From Eledone cirrhosa (lineage: Eukaryota): 29,266 nt of DNA. Below, piece after piece: positions 10,036 through 20,374 of the stretch (its first letter is position 1; the number at the start of each line of letters is the position of its first letter). Position numbers and translations under genes: made by a program. Below the pieces are notes generated by a model, which did not search any database, had not been told where the DNA came from, and saw only the letters and a program-made list of their open reading frames with translations. The stretch lies in the NCBI GenBank assembly GCA_964016885.1, contig CAXHJY010001409.1:1-29266 (forward strand), read 5' to 3'.

Positions 10036-10290
10036 AGGTGTGTTGCTTTGTGGTTAGGGTATTCAGCTCACAATCATAAGGTCGTGAGTTTGATTTCTGG
10101 CAGTGCATTCTGTCCTTGAGCAAGACACTTTATTTCACGCTGCTCCAGTCCACTCAGCTAGCAAAAATCAGTTGTACCTGTAATTTGAAGGACCAGCCAT
10201 GTCACATTCTGTGTTATGCTGAATCTCCCTGAGAACTATGTTAAGGGCACACGTGTCTTTTAAATACCAACACACTCATCATTCTATGAT
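10036..10290 (+). mobile_element. tRNA-derived SINE, family C
   Basis: gtggttagg..gtgagtttgatttc head; tgtccttgagcaagacactttatttcacgctgctccagtccactcagct centre. Confidence 0.7.
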
Positions 10291-10399
10291 GAGTGTGGTA
10301 TTTAAAAGAGGGTGTGCGGTAAAAAAGCGAGTAAGTTATGGATATTTGGCAATTAGGGCGAGATTCAGCTATGTTAATATCACACATCCACTAGACCAT

Positions 10400-10570
10400 A
10401 CTTGCTTCATTTCATTCTAACCATTGCAGATGTTCTGCAGTCAAGATCTATGTCTCATTGCCATGTAGTACACAGTGTGTGTGTGCAGGCATTATACAGT
10501 CTACCCTTCATCCCGAGAGAGAAGCCCTTTGTTATTAGCTGGTATACTAGTTCTTTAAACTTCTTCCAGA
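10400..10570 (-). mobile_element. Decayed RTE ORF fragment
   Basis: atacagtctacccttcatcccgagagagaagcccttt...tagttctttaaacttcttcca aligns to 1104-1178. Confidence 0.7.
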
Positions 10571-10775
10571 CACAACAGGTTCAAATAGTAAAGAAGTTTG
10601 TTTCACAATCATGAATTTTTCTTCATATGCGCAAGTTGACCCAATCTTTTTGAGGGAAATTTGGCAAACAGACACTGTGTGGAAGCCCATCAGAAAGATT
10701 GTGCCAGTAATTCAAATGTCCAAGCTTGTCAGACACTGTGTCATGCTGATTCTGCCCAAGGATTACATTAAAGAT

Positions 10776-11022
10776 GCATCATCATCACCATCACCATCAT
10801 CTGACCATGCTTATTGCTTGGATTGCCATGACTCATTCTCTCCAGTTTGTTCAACCTGCCATATCTCATGGTAAGTCTCTCTCTCATGTGACCTGACAAT
10901 CCTCACACAGTTGCTTTATGTAGGTTCAATGTGGTCTACCAACATTTCCATACTCATGCATCAGTTCCTAAAGAAAAACGTTGCTGATGATCTCGTTGTT
11001 TGCTCTCCAGCAATATCCAGTG
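10776..11022 (-). mobile_element. Decayed 3' end of a second RTE-like family
   Basis: Minus strand reads GYCWRANNEIISNVFL*ELMHEYGNVGRPH*TYIKQLCED...NWRE*V, followed by an (ATG)n-like tail. Confidence 0.65.
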
Positions 11023-11694
11023 AATCATATATCTGTGGAATACTCAGCCACTTTACACAGTAAATCATTGAGTAGGTAGTTCAGTTGATCAAATAATTGA
11101 ATAATCATTGTTAAAACTTACAGAGGTCCATTTGCTTTTACTAGATACACACATGTCAAAATATGTAAAAAGTAATCTTTAAGTAGAAATGCACCAATCA
11201 AATTTGAAGTTGATCTTAGCTAAGTAATTTGATAAGAGCTGTAAGAAAGCCTTCCAGTTGAAACAGAGTAAATGTTATGTTCAGCTTCTGAGTTTTCTCA
11301 GAAATGTTATATTTACTCTGTGAAGCTGATTGTCTACTTTGGCATAAATTCTATAAAATACTTTTCTTTCAAACAATAATGTTCTAGTCAGGTACAAAAT
11401 AAATATTTATTGTTGCATATTGTTTGTGAATTTATAGAGCTATATGGCTGCCTGCCTGAATTGATAGTTTTACTGCCAAGGAAAATATTTAACATTTCAT
11501 ATCTTCTAACACTTTGGACCTATATAGCTCAGTCTATCTGGTTGTATTTAAGTATTAAGAAAGAGTATCTTCTGGCTCTTAACTGCAACAACATGGTATA
11601 ATTGACAATTATTTTGTTATCTTATAATTGTAACCTTCTCATGAGTTTTGCTTAGAAATATAAAAATAGGCTTTGTCAAGCTAGCTTACCTTTA

Positions 11695-11950
11695 TCATTC
11701 ATCATCATTGTTTTATCAAGGGTCTGGCAGATCTACATAGACCAAGTCAGTGCTGAAGCGGAGCTACTGATCTCCCAAACAGGCCTGGGATCTGTGTACG
11801 TTCTTATGATCCAACGAGTGCACAGGAAGAGTTGTCATGTCTTTGAAACACCTGATTGTCGTCCCAACCCTTTGTTTAGCAAGATTTCTATGGCTGGATG
11901 CCCTTCCTATCACCAACCACTTTACTGAGTATACCTTTACAGTGTGTACA
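11695..11950 (-). mobile_element. Decayed RTE-type 3' tail (LINE or SINE)
   Basis: (CAT)n-like tail and tttctatggctggatgcccttcctatcaccaaccactttac motif. Confidence 0.55.
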
Positions 11951-12017
11951 GGTTATAGATGGCATTATATCCTCTTAGAGACATCATTCAGTTTCCTTCA
12001 CTTCCATCTTAAGTTAA

Positions 12018-12507
12018 CCCTTTCATTACTACATTTATTTCTACTGAAATACACTGCTTTATGTGTTTCAATTAATTTTGAAAATAATGGAATATTTGAA
12101 GGAATTTAATAAAATAACTATTTTATTAATAATCTGATATTTAGAAGATTAGTTAACCAACATTTCTTAAATAAAATTACAATGGAAGGATTTGATATCA
12201 GTTTAACCCTTTAGCATTTACATTACTCTATATATACTATTGTATTTTAGTGTTTTTGTGAAAAGGTTTCATCTCACATAATTATCGCACATAATATCAA
12301 AGCAATGAGATTTTGATAGTATTTATTTTGAGAACAATACCTTAACATTGGTATGAGTGGCCAGTTAGGGTTGGTTGGAACAGAAAGAGGTGAGGGAATT
12401 CTGGCCGGATATGGCCAGTTTAAATGCTAAAGGGTGGAATATTTAAAAATGAGAAGTTTTATGTAATAAATCTCATGGCAGTTTCTGGTGGTTTTGTCTC
12501 AAAAGGG
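12018..12507. mobile_element. piggyBac-like MITE, family A, with nested family B copy
   Basis: TTAA|CCCTTT ... AAAGGG|TTAT ends; body similar to 24950-25252. Confidence 0.7.
12207..12434. mobile_element. piggyBac-like MITE, family B
   Basis: TTAA|CCCTTTAGCATTTA ... TAAATGCTAAAGGG 14-bp TIRs; right TTAA degenerate. Confidence 0.8.
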
Positions 12508-12596
12508 TTATAAATCTGTTTAGTTGGTATTCAACAATCACACATTCACGCAGTGATGTTCTCGATATTTCTGTCTGTTTAATCAAAGAGAATTAA

Positions 12597-12831
12597 TGAC
12601 TATCATCTTGATCATTATTATGATTATTATGACTATCACCTTGATCATTATTATGACTATCACCTTGATCATTATTATGACTATGACTATCACCTTGATT
12701 ATGACTATCACCTTGATCATTATTATGACTGACTCACCTTGATCATTATTATGACTATGACTATCACCTTGATCATTATTATGACTATGACTATCACCTT
12801 GATCATTATTATGACTATCACTTTGATCATC
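12597..12831. repeat. Minisatellite, unit TGACTATCACCTTGATCATTATTA (24 bp, or 30 bp with an extra TGACTA), ~8 copies
   Basis: Direct reading. Confidence 0.9.
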
Positions 12832-12905
12832 AAGACAAATGATTAGATTTATCTCAATGATTTTATTTTTTAAAATGTGTTTGTTGTAACAATTCCTTGA
12901 TTTAA

Positions 12906-13310
12906 CCCTTTAGCATCTACATTACTCTATATTTACTATTATATTTTTGTGGAAAAGGCTTTCCCTCACATAATATCGAATCTATGAGATTTTGATATTA
13001 TTTATTTTGAGAACAATACTTTAACATCAGTATGAATAGTTGGTTACAGCTAGTTTGAACAAAAAGAGATGAGAGAATTCTGGCTGGATACGGCCGGTTT
13101 AACCCTTTAGCATTTAAACCAGCCATCTCCAGCCAGAATTCTCTCACCTCTTTCTGTTCAAACTTGTCGTAATCGGCTGCTCATACTGATGTTAAGGTAT
13201 TGATCTCAAAATAAATAATATCAAAATTTCATAGATTCGATATTATGTGAGGGAAAGCCTTTACCACTAAAATACAATAGTAAATATAAATTAATGTAAA
13301 TGGTAAAGGG
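12906..13310. mobile_element. Two family B piggyBac-like MITEs in inverted orientation (12906-13098 and 13103-13310)
   Basis: TTAA at 12902, 13099 and 13311; the second half is the reverse complement of the first. Confidence 0.85.
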
Positions 13311-13505
13311 TTAAACAAGTCTTGTATAATTTTGTTTATTTTATCATTGAATTCTCAAATAAGATGTCAATTGAATATCATGGACATAATTTGATAAGTA
13401 TTATTAATACACACCTTGAAACTGTTGGTAGTTCAGAGTTAAGTTGTTTATATAAATAATCAACTTTCACATGGTGTATTGATTACTCTTTCAATTGTAC
13501 CCAAA

Positions 13506-13507
<2 letters not shown>

Positions 13508-13540
<33 letters not shown>

Positions 13541-13815
13541 ATGCAAGTCAGTTTTTATGCTTAATAATCATGTGCAAAAAGTCATTATCTGGTTTGAAAA
13601 TAGTAGCTTCAGTAACACGCACACACACGCGCGCACACACACGCACGCGCACGCGCACACGCACACACGCACACACACACACACACACTCATTTCTCTCT
13701 CTCTCACACTCATTTCTCACTCTCTCACACTCATTTCTCCGTCTCTCACACTCATTTCTCCCTCTCTCACACACATGCAACCCCTCTCACACACATGCAA
13801 CCCTTCTCACACACA
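13508..13815. repeat. (GT)n (13508-13536) and compound (CA)/(CT)-rich repeat with ~20-bp units (13615-13815)
   Basis: Direct reading; units cacactcatttctctctctc and cacacacatgcaacccctct. Confidence 0.9.
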
Positions 13816-13969
13816 CCAGGAAAACAGAATCCACTAAAATAAAATGAATGCAACAGCACAGAAAACAAACAAACAAACAAACAAACGAACCAAAAACAAA
13901 AAGATGAGGTCTAATTATACAGTAGGACATTTACATTCAACATGGAAAAACTAATGACTTATTGGCACA

Positions 13970-14180
13970 ATGATTCCTTATTTAGGCACAAGACCAGCGA
14001 TTTTGGAGGAGGGGTAAGTCAATTAAATTAATACTAGTATTCCACTGGTGTTAATTTAACAGGCCTAGTGAAGGATCGTTGCTTAGTGGTTAGAGAATTA
14101 GATTCACAATTGTGAGATTGCAAGTTTAGTTCAAAACTGGACAATGTGCTGTCTTTCAGCAAGACACTTTGTCATGTTGC
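13970..14180. mobile_element. Decayed SINE fragments: family M tail (-, ~13970-14075) and family C head (+, ~14078-14180)
   Basis: aggcacaagaccagcgattttgg..aagtcaattaaat; gcttagtggttagag..cagcaagacacttt. Confidence 0.55.
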
Positions 14181-14324
14181 TCTTTCTGCCAGGAGTTGTG
14201 ACTGCTAGATAGTATCAGCATTGGAACAATGGATACATTGTTTCCTTCGTCAGATTTGATGTCACTTGGTAAGAGAATGAGGTATGGGTTCTTGTTGATC
14301 TTTAAAAAAAACCCCCCAAAATTG

Positions 14325-15055
14325 ACCGGTACTTTATTTTATCAACCCTGGAAAGATTGAATGCAAAGTTGACTTTGGCAGGATTTGAACTCAGTATGTA
14401 AAGAGTTGTAACTAAATAACGTGAAGCATGTCGTCTGACTCTATAACGATTCTGCCAATCCCTATAATGGTTTCCGATTGAGGCACAAGGCCAACAACTT
14501 TGGGGGAAGGGAAAGTCGATTAACCTTTTAACATTTACATTACTCTATATATACTATTGTATTTTTAGGATAAAGGCTTTACCTCACATAATTATTTCAC
14601 ACAATATCAAATCTGAGATTTTGATATTTATTTTGAGAACAATACCTTAACATCAGTATGAGTGGCCAGTTACAGCTGGTTTGAATACTAAAGGGTTAAA
14701 TCAACTCCGCTGTGTTACCGGTACTTTATTTTATCATCCCTGTAAGAATGAAAGGCAGAGCTAACCTCGTGGGATTTGAACTCAAAATGTAAAGGGACAT
14801 AACTCTATGCTTCAAAGCATGTCTGACACTGTACTGATACTGCCAATCCACTGCCCTATTGACAAATAATAATTGTTTTTACTTTTGACACAAGGCCAGC
14901 AATTACCCCAGTGCATTACTGGTACTTTATTTTATCTACCCTGTAAGGCAAAGTTATCCTCGGCAGGATTTTAACTCAGAACGTAAAGGGCCATACCTCT
15001 ATGCTGCAAAGCATGGCGTTGTGATGCTCTAACAATACTTCTTATCCACCGCCCT
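14325..15055 (-). mobile_element. Three head-to-tail family M SINEs (~14325-14461, ~14465-14856, ~14866-15055)
   Basis: Each carries ggtactttattttatc...ggattt(g/t)aactca...atcc, matching 8692-8872. Confidence 0.8.
14524..14695. mobile_element. Internally deleted family B piggyBac-like MITE inserted in a SINE
   Basis: TTAA duplicated at 14520-14523 and 14696-14699; removal restores aagtcgattaaatcaac. Confidence 0.82.
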
Positions 15056-15109
15056 ATTGACAGATAATAAGGACGGCTGATTTTACATGGATTCAAATTT
15101 ATTGGAAAA

Positions 15110-15640
15110 GGATTGTGATTCAGTATTCAGTAATCAGAAGGGAGGTAGGCATAGAAGCCAAACTTACTATCTTCAATTCGATATTCGTGCCAACCCTTAC
15201 TTATGGTCATGAATCTTGGGTAATGACCGAAAGAATACAATCACGAATACAAGCAGCCAAAATGGAATTCCTCCGAAGGGTCTTTGGAGTAACATTACTC
15301 GATAGAGTGTGTAGCTCGGAGATCAGAGAGTCACTCCAGGTAGAGCTGCTACTTCTCTGAATTGAGAGATCACAGCTCCGATACTATGGGCATGTGGTTA
15401 GAATGTCTCAGGAAATAATCACTGGACAGATTTTACAGGCAAAAACCAATCGGTAGGAGACCCAGGGGTAGACCCCAAGCAAGATGGTTGGATAACATTC
15501 ATGAGCTTGGCGGGTCTCGCCTGGAAATCCAGCCAGATCAGTTGGAGACGGTTGCTTCTGACAGGATCTGCTGGAAGGAGTGTTTGAGGACTCTACTCCC
15601 ACGACCCTCTCAGAAATAAGTGGGAGAAGAAGAAGATTGT
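15110..15640 (+). mobile_element. RTE-clade LINE 3' fragment, third family (Expander/Rex3-like), with stop and frameshift
   Basis: AKLTIFNSIFVPTLTYGHESWVMTERIQSRIQAAKMEFLRRV...LLL*IERSQLRYYGHVVRM...GRRPRGRPQARWLDNI; GAA-rich tail. Confidence 0.88.
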
Positions 15641-16492
15641 GATGTGCCTTTCCTACTTTTCTAGAGGGCCTTAACAATTTAACTAGAAAAGAAAAATCTG
15701 CACCAGGATAAATGTGTATTTTCATAGAATAGTTCCCATACTCTATAAATAAGCAGAACTTGTCAACTCTGGTTCCCCCCTTGACCAGTCAATATTCTAG
15801 GCATAGTATACTCTAGATCACACTATCCAGTGTATTTTCCTTTTTTTATGATGGTGGAGTGCAATTTAAGAGAGATTTGGTTGCTACTTCTTTGGCTAAC
15901 ACAAGCAGAATCTTGTATTGAATAGTAAAATTGAGCAAAAAAACTATCTATAAATAATAATTGAAAGAAAAAGAAAATTTTTTAAATACAATTTTTTTCT
16001 TTGCAAATTTCCGTTAAATTCTCAAGTTTATTATGTATTTTTTAAAACATTTTGATAACCAGCAATGAAATCATGATTTAGTCATCTGGTTTTTACTGGT
16101 TCTGTATTTCTTTTAACATTTCTTTTCTATTGTAACTACAATTCATTCACACCTTTTCATCACCTCTCAATAGGCACAATAATAATTTTTTGAAAAACTT
16201 CCTCACAATTTTAATTTATTCTTTTCATTTTTATAGCATTATAGACACCAGAGCACGTCCTGGAAAAAGTAGTCAGACACATTTGTTTATTATAAAATTT
16301 TTTTATCAGTTTGTTGACAAAAAGGAGTATAATTAAAAGTATTGAGTCTGCTGATTGTTTGTTTCTAATTATGTAAATGAAAGTTTTATACTACTCTTTC
16401 CCCTATTACTGTTAGCAGAAAATATCTTAATTTGGGTTTGTTAATTCAAATGTTTAGAGTATTTTTAATAGTAGACAGATCATTGTGAAAAT

Positions 16493-17320
16493 TTGGTGTT
16501 AGCATTCAATTTGGTTTCCATAAGGTCAGATTTGCTGGGAACCTTGTCCCTAGTTCACCAGAATTTTGGCAGCAACAATGTTGTTACACATGATATTTGC
16601 AAAGCCTTTCACCGTGTCATCATCATTGTTTTTGTTGTGGTGAACACCCCTTTGGGATTAAAGAAATGGACTTGGCGGATTATTATAAATAATGAGATAT
16701 GTTGTCAGTGAGTTCAGTTCGAGTCTTGTTTGAAAGTCTCACGCTTTGTAGTCGGAAGTTACGCCTGAGATAAAATTGTTAGTACCCCTGCATTGTAAAA
16801 AATATAACCAGTCAAAATAGATTGGATGGATCCTTCGCAGCATAACATCTCTCCATTCGCCACATTCCTTTGTCATCTTTTCTGAGTCTCAGTGATTTGA
16901 GACCAGCTCTCACCACCTCTGCCCAGGTCTTTCTTGGTCTACATTAAATTTCTAGTTAAGTTTCTAGTCTATGGTCTTCATCCATCTATTTTTTTTCCGC
17001 CATATTGTACTATTGGGAGCTTCCTGTCAGATCACATGTTCTAATGGAGCTCTAACTCAAACTCTCTCCTAGCTGAATATTCTGGCACAACAGAGTGATG
17101 TTCTCATTGTTTTTCAGTAATGACCTGTTTTTTATCACCTCCAATAGCACACACTGCTGTTCAGATTATACCACTCTCATTCTGAATTCCCTTTTAACCT
17201 TCTGCATACAGGGGTCATCTACATGCAAACTATTCACCTCCTGCATTATCTACTCTGAACAGAAGCATGAAAAATATTCTTCAGTTGTGACACAACAACC
17301 TTGTCTCTTTTAACAAAACA
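16493..17320 (+). mobile_element. Highly decayed non-LTR reverse transcriptase (CR1/L2/Jockey type), split by an RTE insertion
   Basis: VVTHDICKAFHRV resembles the DxxKAFDxV motif; LFFSNDL..TSNSTHCCSDYTTL resembles LFxNDL..YADD, in the correct order. Confidence 0.55.
16617..16945 (-). mobile_element. Decayed RTE 3' fragment
   Basis: (CAT)n at 16618; minus strand RPRKTWAEVVRAGLKSLRL. Confidence 0.6.
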
Positions 17321-17961
17321 AAAATAGAAAATGCACGCACACGCACACGCACACACATATTTATCTGTATGTACTTGTGTCTGTGAGTGTGTATGCCCAT
17401 GTCAGATGGTTTATGAGTGTTACTGGTAAAATATAATCCACTCCAACCTGTTGCATGGTCCACCTGTTGGGTGAGGAGGGTGGTTTTGGGACACTCAGCA
17501 GACTGAAAAACCAAACCTATCAAAGAGTAGCTGAATTGAGAAAAGTCACCAGTGATCAGGGCCTATGAGAGGGGGTGGGGGTGGGGGGGCAGCAAGTACT
17601 TTGTTCCGGGGCTCAAGAGCTAAGAAGGCCCCACAGCAACCATGCAACATCCATTTTGAGAAAAAATCTTTGCCTGCTTTGGGCCCCAAAGGGGTCTTGT
17701 ACTGCCTTGCAAAATTTTTCTTGGAGGCCCTTCCTGTCATCAAATTGTGTCTATATATCCTTGGTCATATATATATATATATATATATATGGCTATATAT
17801 ATATATATATGTTTATGTAAATGTTTATGTAGTCTCTGGCTATCTTGCTTTTTTATTTACTTGTTGCTAGTTTAAAGGCTTCAAACATTTAGAGAGTGGC
17901 TTTCATATTGCACAGGTGTTTGTCAATGACATTCAATATGGAGGTTCTGTTTTGTGATACG

Positions 17962-18351
17962 TTCATCATCATCATCATTTTATGTCCACTTTTCCCTGCT
18001 TGTAAGGGTGGGACGGGAACTGATTCTACTTGCTTTCTACAGCTGGATGCCCTTACTAACACCAACCTCATTTACAGTGAGTGCTGGCTGCTTTTTTGCT
18101 GTGGCGCCTACACGTCCTTTTACAGTGAGTGCTGGGTGCTTTTTTTTGCCGTGGCACCTCCACGACCACTTTACAATGGAATGATAGGGACCCCAGTCCC
18201 TATCATCTCATTTCTACAGCTGAGTAAACTGGAGCAATGTGAAATAAAGTGTCTTGCTCAAGGAAACAACACATCACCCGGTCTGAGAATTGAACTCACA
18301 ACCTTTTGATTGCAAGCCCAATGCTCTAACCACTAAGCCATGTGCCTCCAC
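17962..18351 (-). mobile_element. Composite SINE: tRNA-like head + CORE-like centre + RTE 3' UTR and (ATG)n tail
   Basis: Minus strand TGGCTTAGTGGTTAGAGC (A box), GAGTTCAATTC (B box), TTGAGCAAGACACTT; 18030-18170 nearly identical to RTE copy 1 UTR 500-637. Confidence 0.8.
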
Positions 18352-20168
18352 GTACTTCTAAATATATTCACGAGTGCTGATGTCCCATTTCTTTCTATTC
18401 AGTGCATTGTACAATGTGGAAGCTCTCCTGTTTACCAAACCAACCTTTTTATCTGCTACCAAAGCTATCTTTATTAACTTTGTGAAAATCTCCTACACAC
18501 CACTTCCTAACTAAGATGGCTTTGTTAGTAAAAACATACACATTCAATGCTCATTTAATTCCAAATCTACAATGTTACTGGAAACCACTAGACTATTTCA
18601 TTTAGTCAAAATTACAGCGAAATCTTCTAATTCAATTTTAAAATTCTGCTCACAGTCTTCTAAACATACATTTGTTTTATATATTCATTATATATTTATA
18701 CTTCTGATGATATTTACATTTAACAGTAAAATAAGGAATGTGGCCTGCAGTTTACTGTAGTGCCATTTTAATTTAAAGATCTCCATTTTATAGTTACATA
18801 AAGTTTAATGTAGTAATTTTAACTTTTCTCCACTTTTCCAGCTGATAGTAATATAGGGTGATGTAGATTTCTTTATTTATTTAGCTGGGATGATACAGTT
18901 CTTTTTGAAAGAAAATTAAATGAAATTCTCTTCGATAGAATGTATGATTGATTGAAAGGTGAAAAGAATATTGCCTGTATTATGTAGTTAAATTTAAAAT
19001 TTAGGCTGCTAAATTGAAATCTTATCTGTCATACTTCTTCAGACTCAGTTGTTATGTCTGCCTCAATTGAATTTGTCTCCATTTTGTTTTGTTTGACATT
19101 TCTATCAATAAAACCTGTCCCTGAAATATCAATAGATTTTTACCAAATACTTGTCTGGTTTTCTTCCACTTCATTTTTTGTGAAGCAAAAAGAAGAAAAA
19201 TCCATATATTTGAAAGTCCTCTGGGAGAAAGAAAGTGAACAAATTTTTTTCAATATTTTTCTCACAGGAAAGAATTTTGAGCTCAGCATTTAAATCACAT
19301 GATTTTCCAGTTATAAATTCCAACGACTTTGTCATTGTTCTTTTCGTTATCTATTCAACTGTTAAGCAAATAGGTTCCTTAACTCAAAGTAAGGAATAAA
19401 CTCAGTACATCTTAACAAATCAAGCATTGTGATTTCCATAGCTTAAATTAAAAAAAAAAAAAGATTTGAAATATTTGAGAACTTCATTATAGAGGAAATC
19501 ACTCTTTCTCTCATGTTATTACAACTAAATACACATATATACATACTCTGTATGCTCAAGTGACATTGTATCCAATTAGTTGACCTATTTTTATTCTTTG
19601 TTTCTGATTCTGATTGATCACCAAACTGTGTTTTGTTATTTTAAACTCTTATGGTGTTTTATTAAAGTCGGAACCATGACAAGTTTGTGTTTTCTTAGTA
19701 AGGAATGGCCCATTCACTTTCACTATTTAAAAAAATTGTAAAGTTCTACAGTGAAACTATTTTATGTGAAAACAAGGAAGTTCTTTGGGAATGTTAAGCT
19801 CTTGGCCCACTTCATGAGCCATGCTGTGAAGAGGGCTCTTCCAGCAGTGTTATGTAACCCTGAACAATCACAATCGAGCTGAACTATGCTCAAAGATATT
19901 CCTGTCTTGAACATCTTGTCTTTTTAAGGGATTATGTAAGACTATGCTATCTAATACATTTCCCTTTTTAAGATGGGTAGAGTGTGATATGAGGGAGATT
20001 TGACTGCTATTTCTAATAGGACAAGTCACCCTATTAAGTCTTTTTCATTGCATGGAAATGAGAAATGTATCGTGTGGCTATAATTTAAGTTCTCAACATC
20101 ATCATGCAATTGTATTTTTTATTGTTAGATTCGTGAGGCTCTAGTTTTGCTTACTTTGAATGTTGTAT

Positions 20169-20374
20169 TCATCATCATCATTTAACATCAATTTTTCCAC
20201 ACTAGCATGGGTTAGACAAGTTATCCTGTTGTGAGCAATGCTAGGTCAGGTGACCATGTCATGCTCATACAAAACCGATTTTGGCTTGATTTCCACAGCT
20301 GAGTAACCTTCCTAGTGCCAACCTCATTTACAGTTAGTACTGGGTGTTTTTTGTCATGATGTCTAAACGACCAC
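20169..20374 (-). mobile_element. RTE 3' tail and UTR (copy 1 subfamily) leading into the satellite
   Basis: catcatcatcat..ctagcatgggttagac..tgaccatg..tgctcataca..ggcttgatttc..aacctcatttacag aligns to 371-548. Confidence 0.88.

Noticed and set aside
13479-13847. His/Thr/Cys-rich ORFs
   Set aside because: Translations of (GT)n and (CA)/(CT) repeats
17557-17710. GC-rich hAT-like MITE (CAGGGCC...GCCTTG)
   Set aside because: TIR match is weak and no target duplication is visible; not enough to call
18260-18351. Functional tRNA gene (also the heads at ~8780-8872, 9541 and 10036)
   Set aside because: A/B boxes are present but I cannot fold a full cloverleaf, and they continue into SINE bodies
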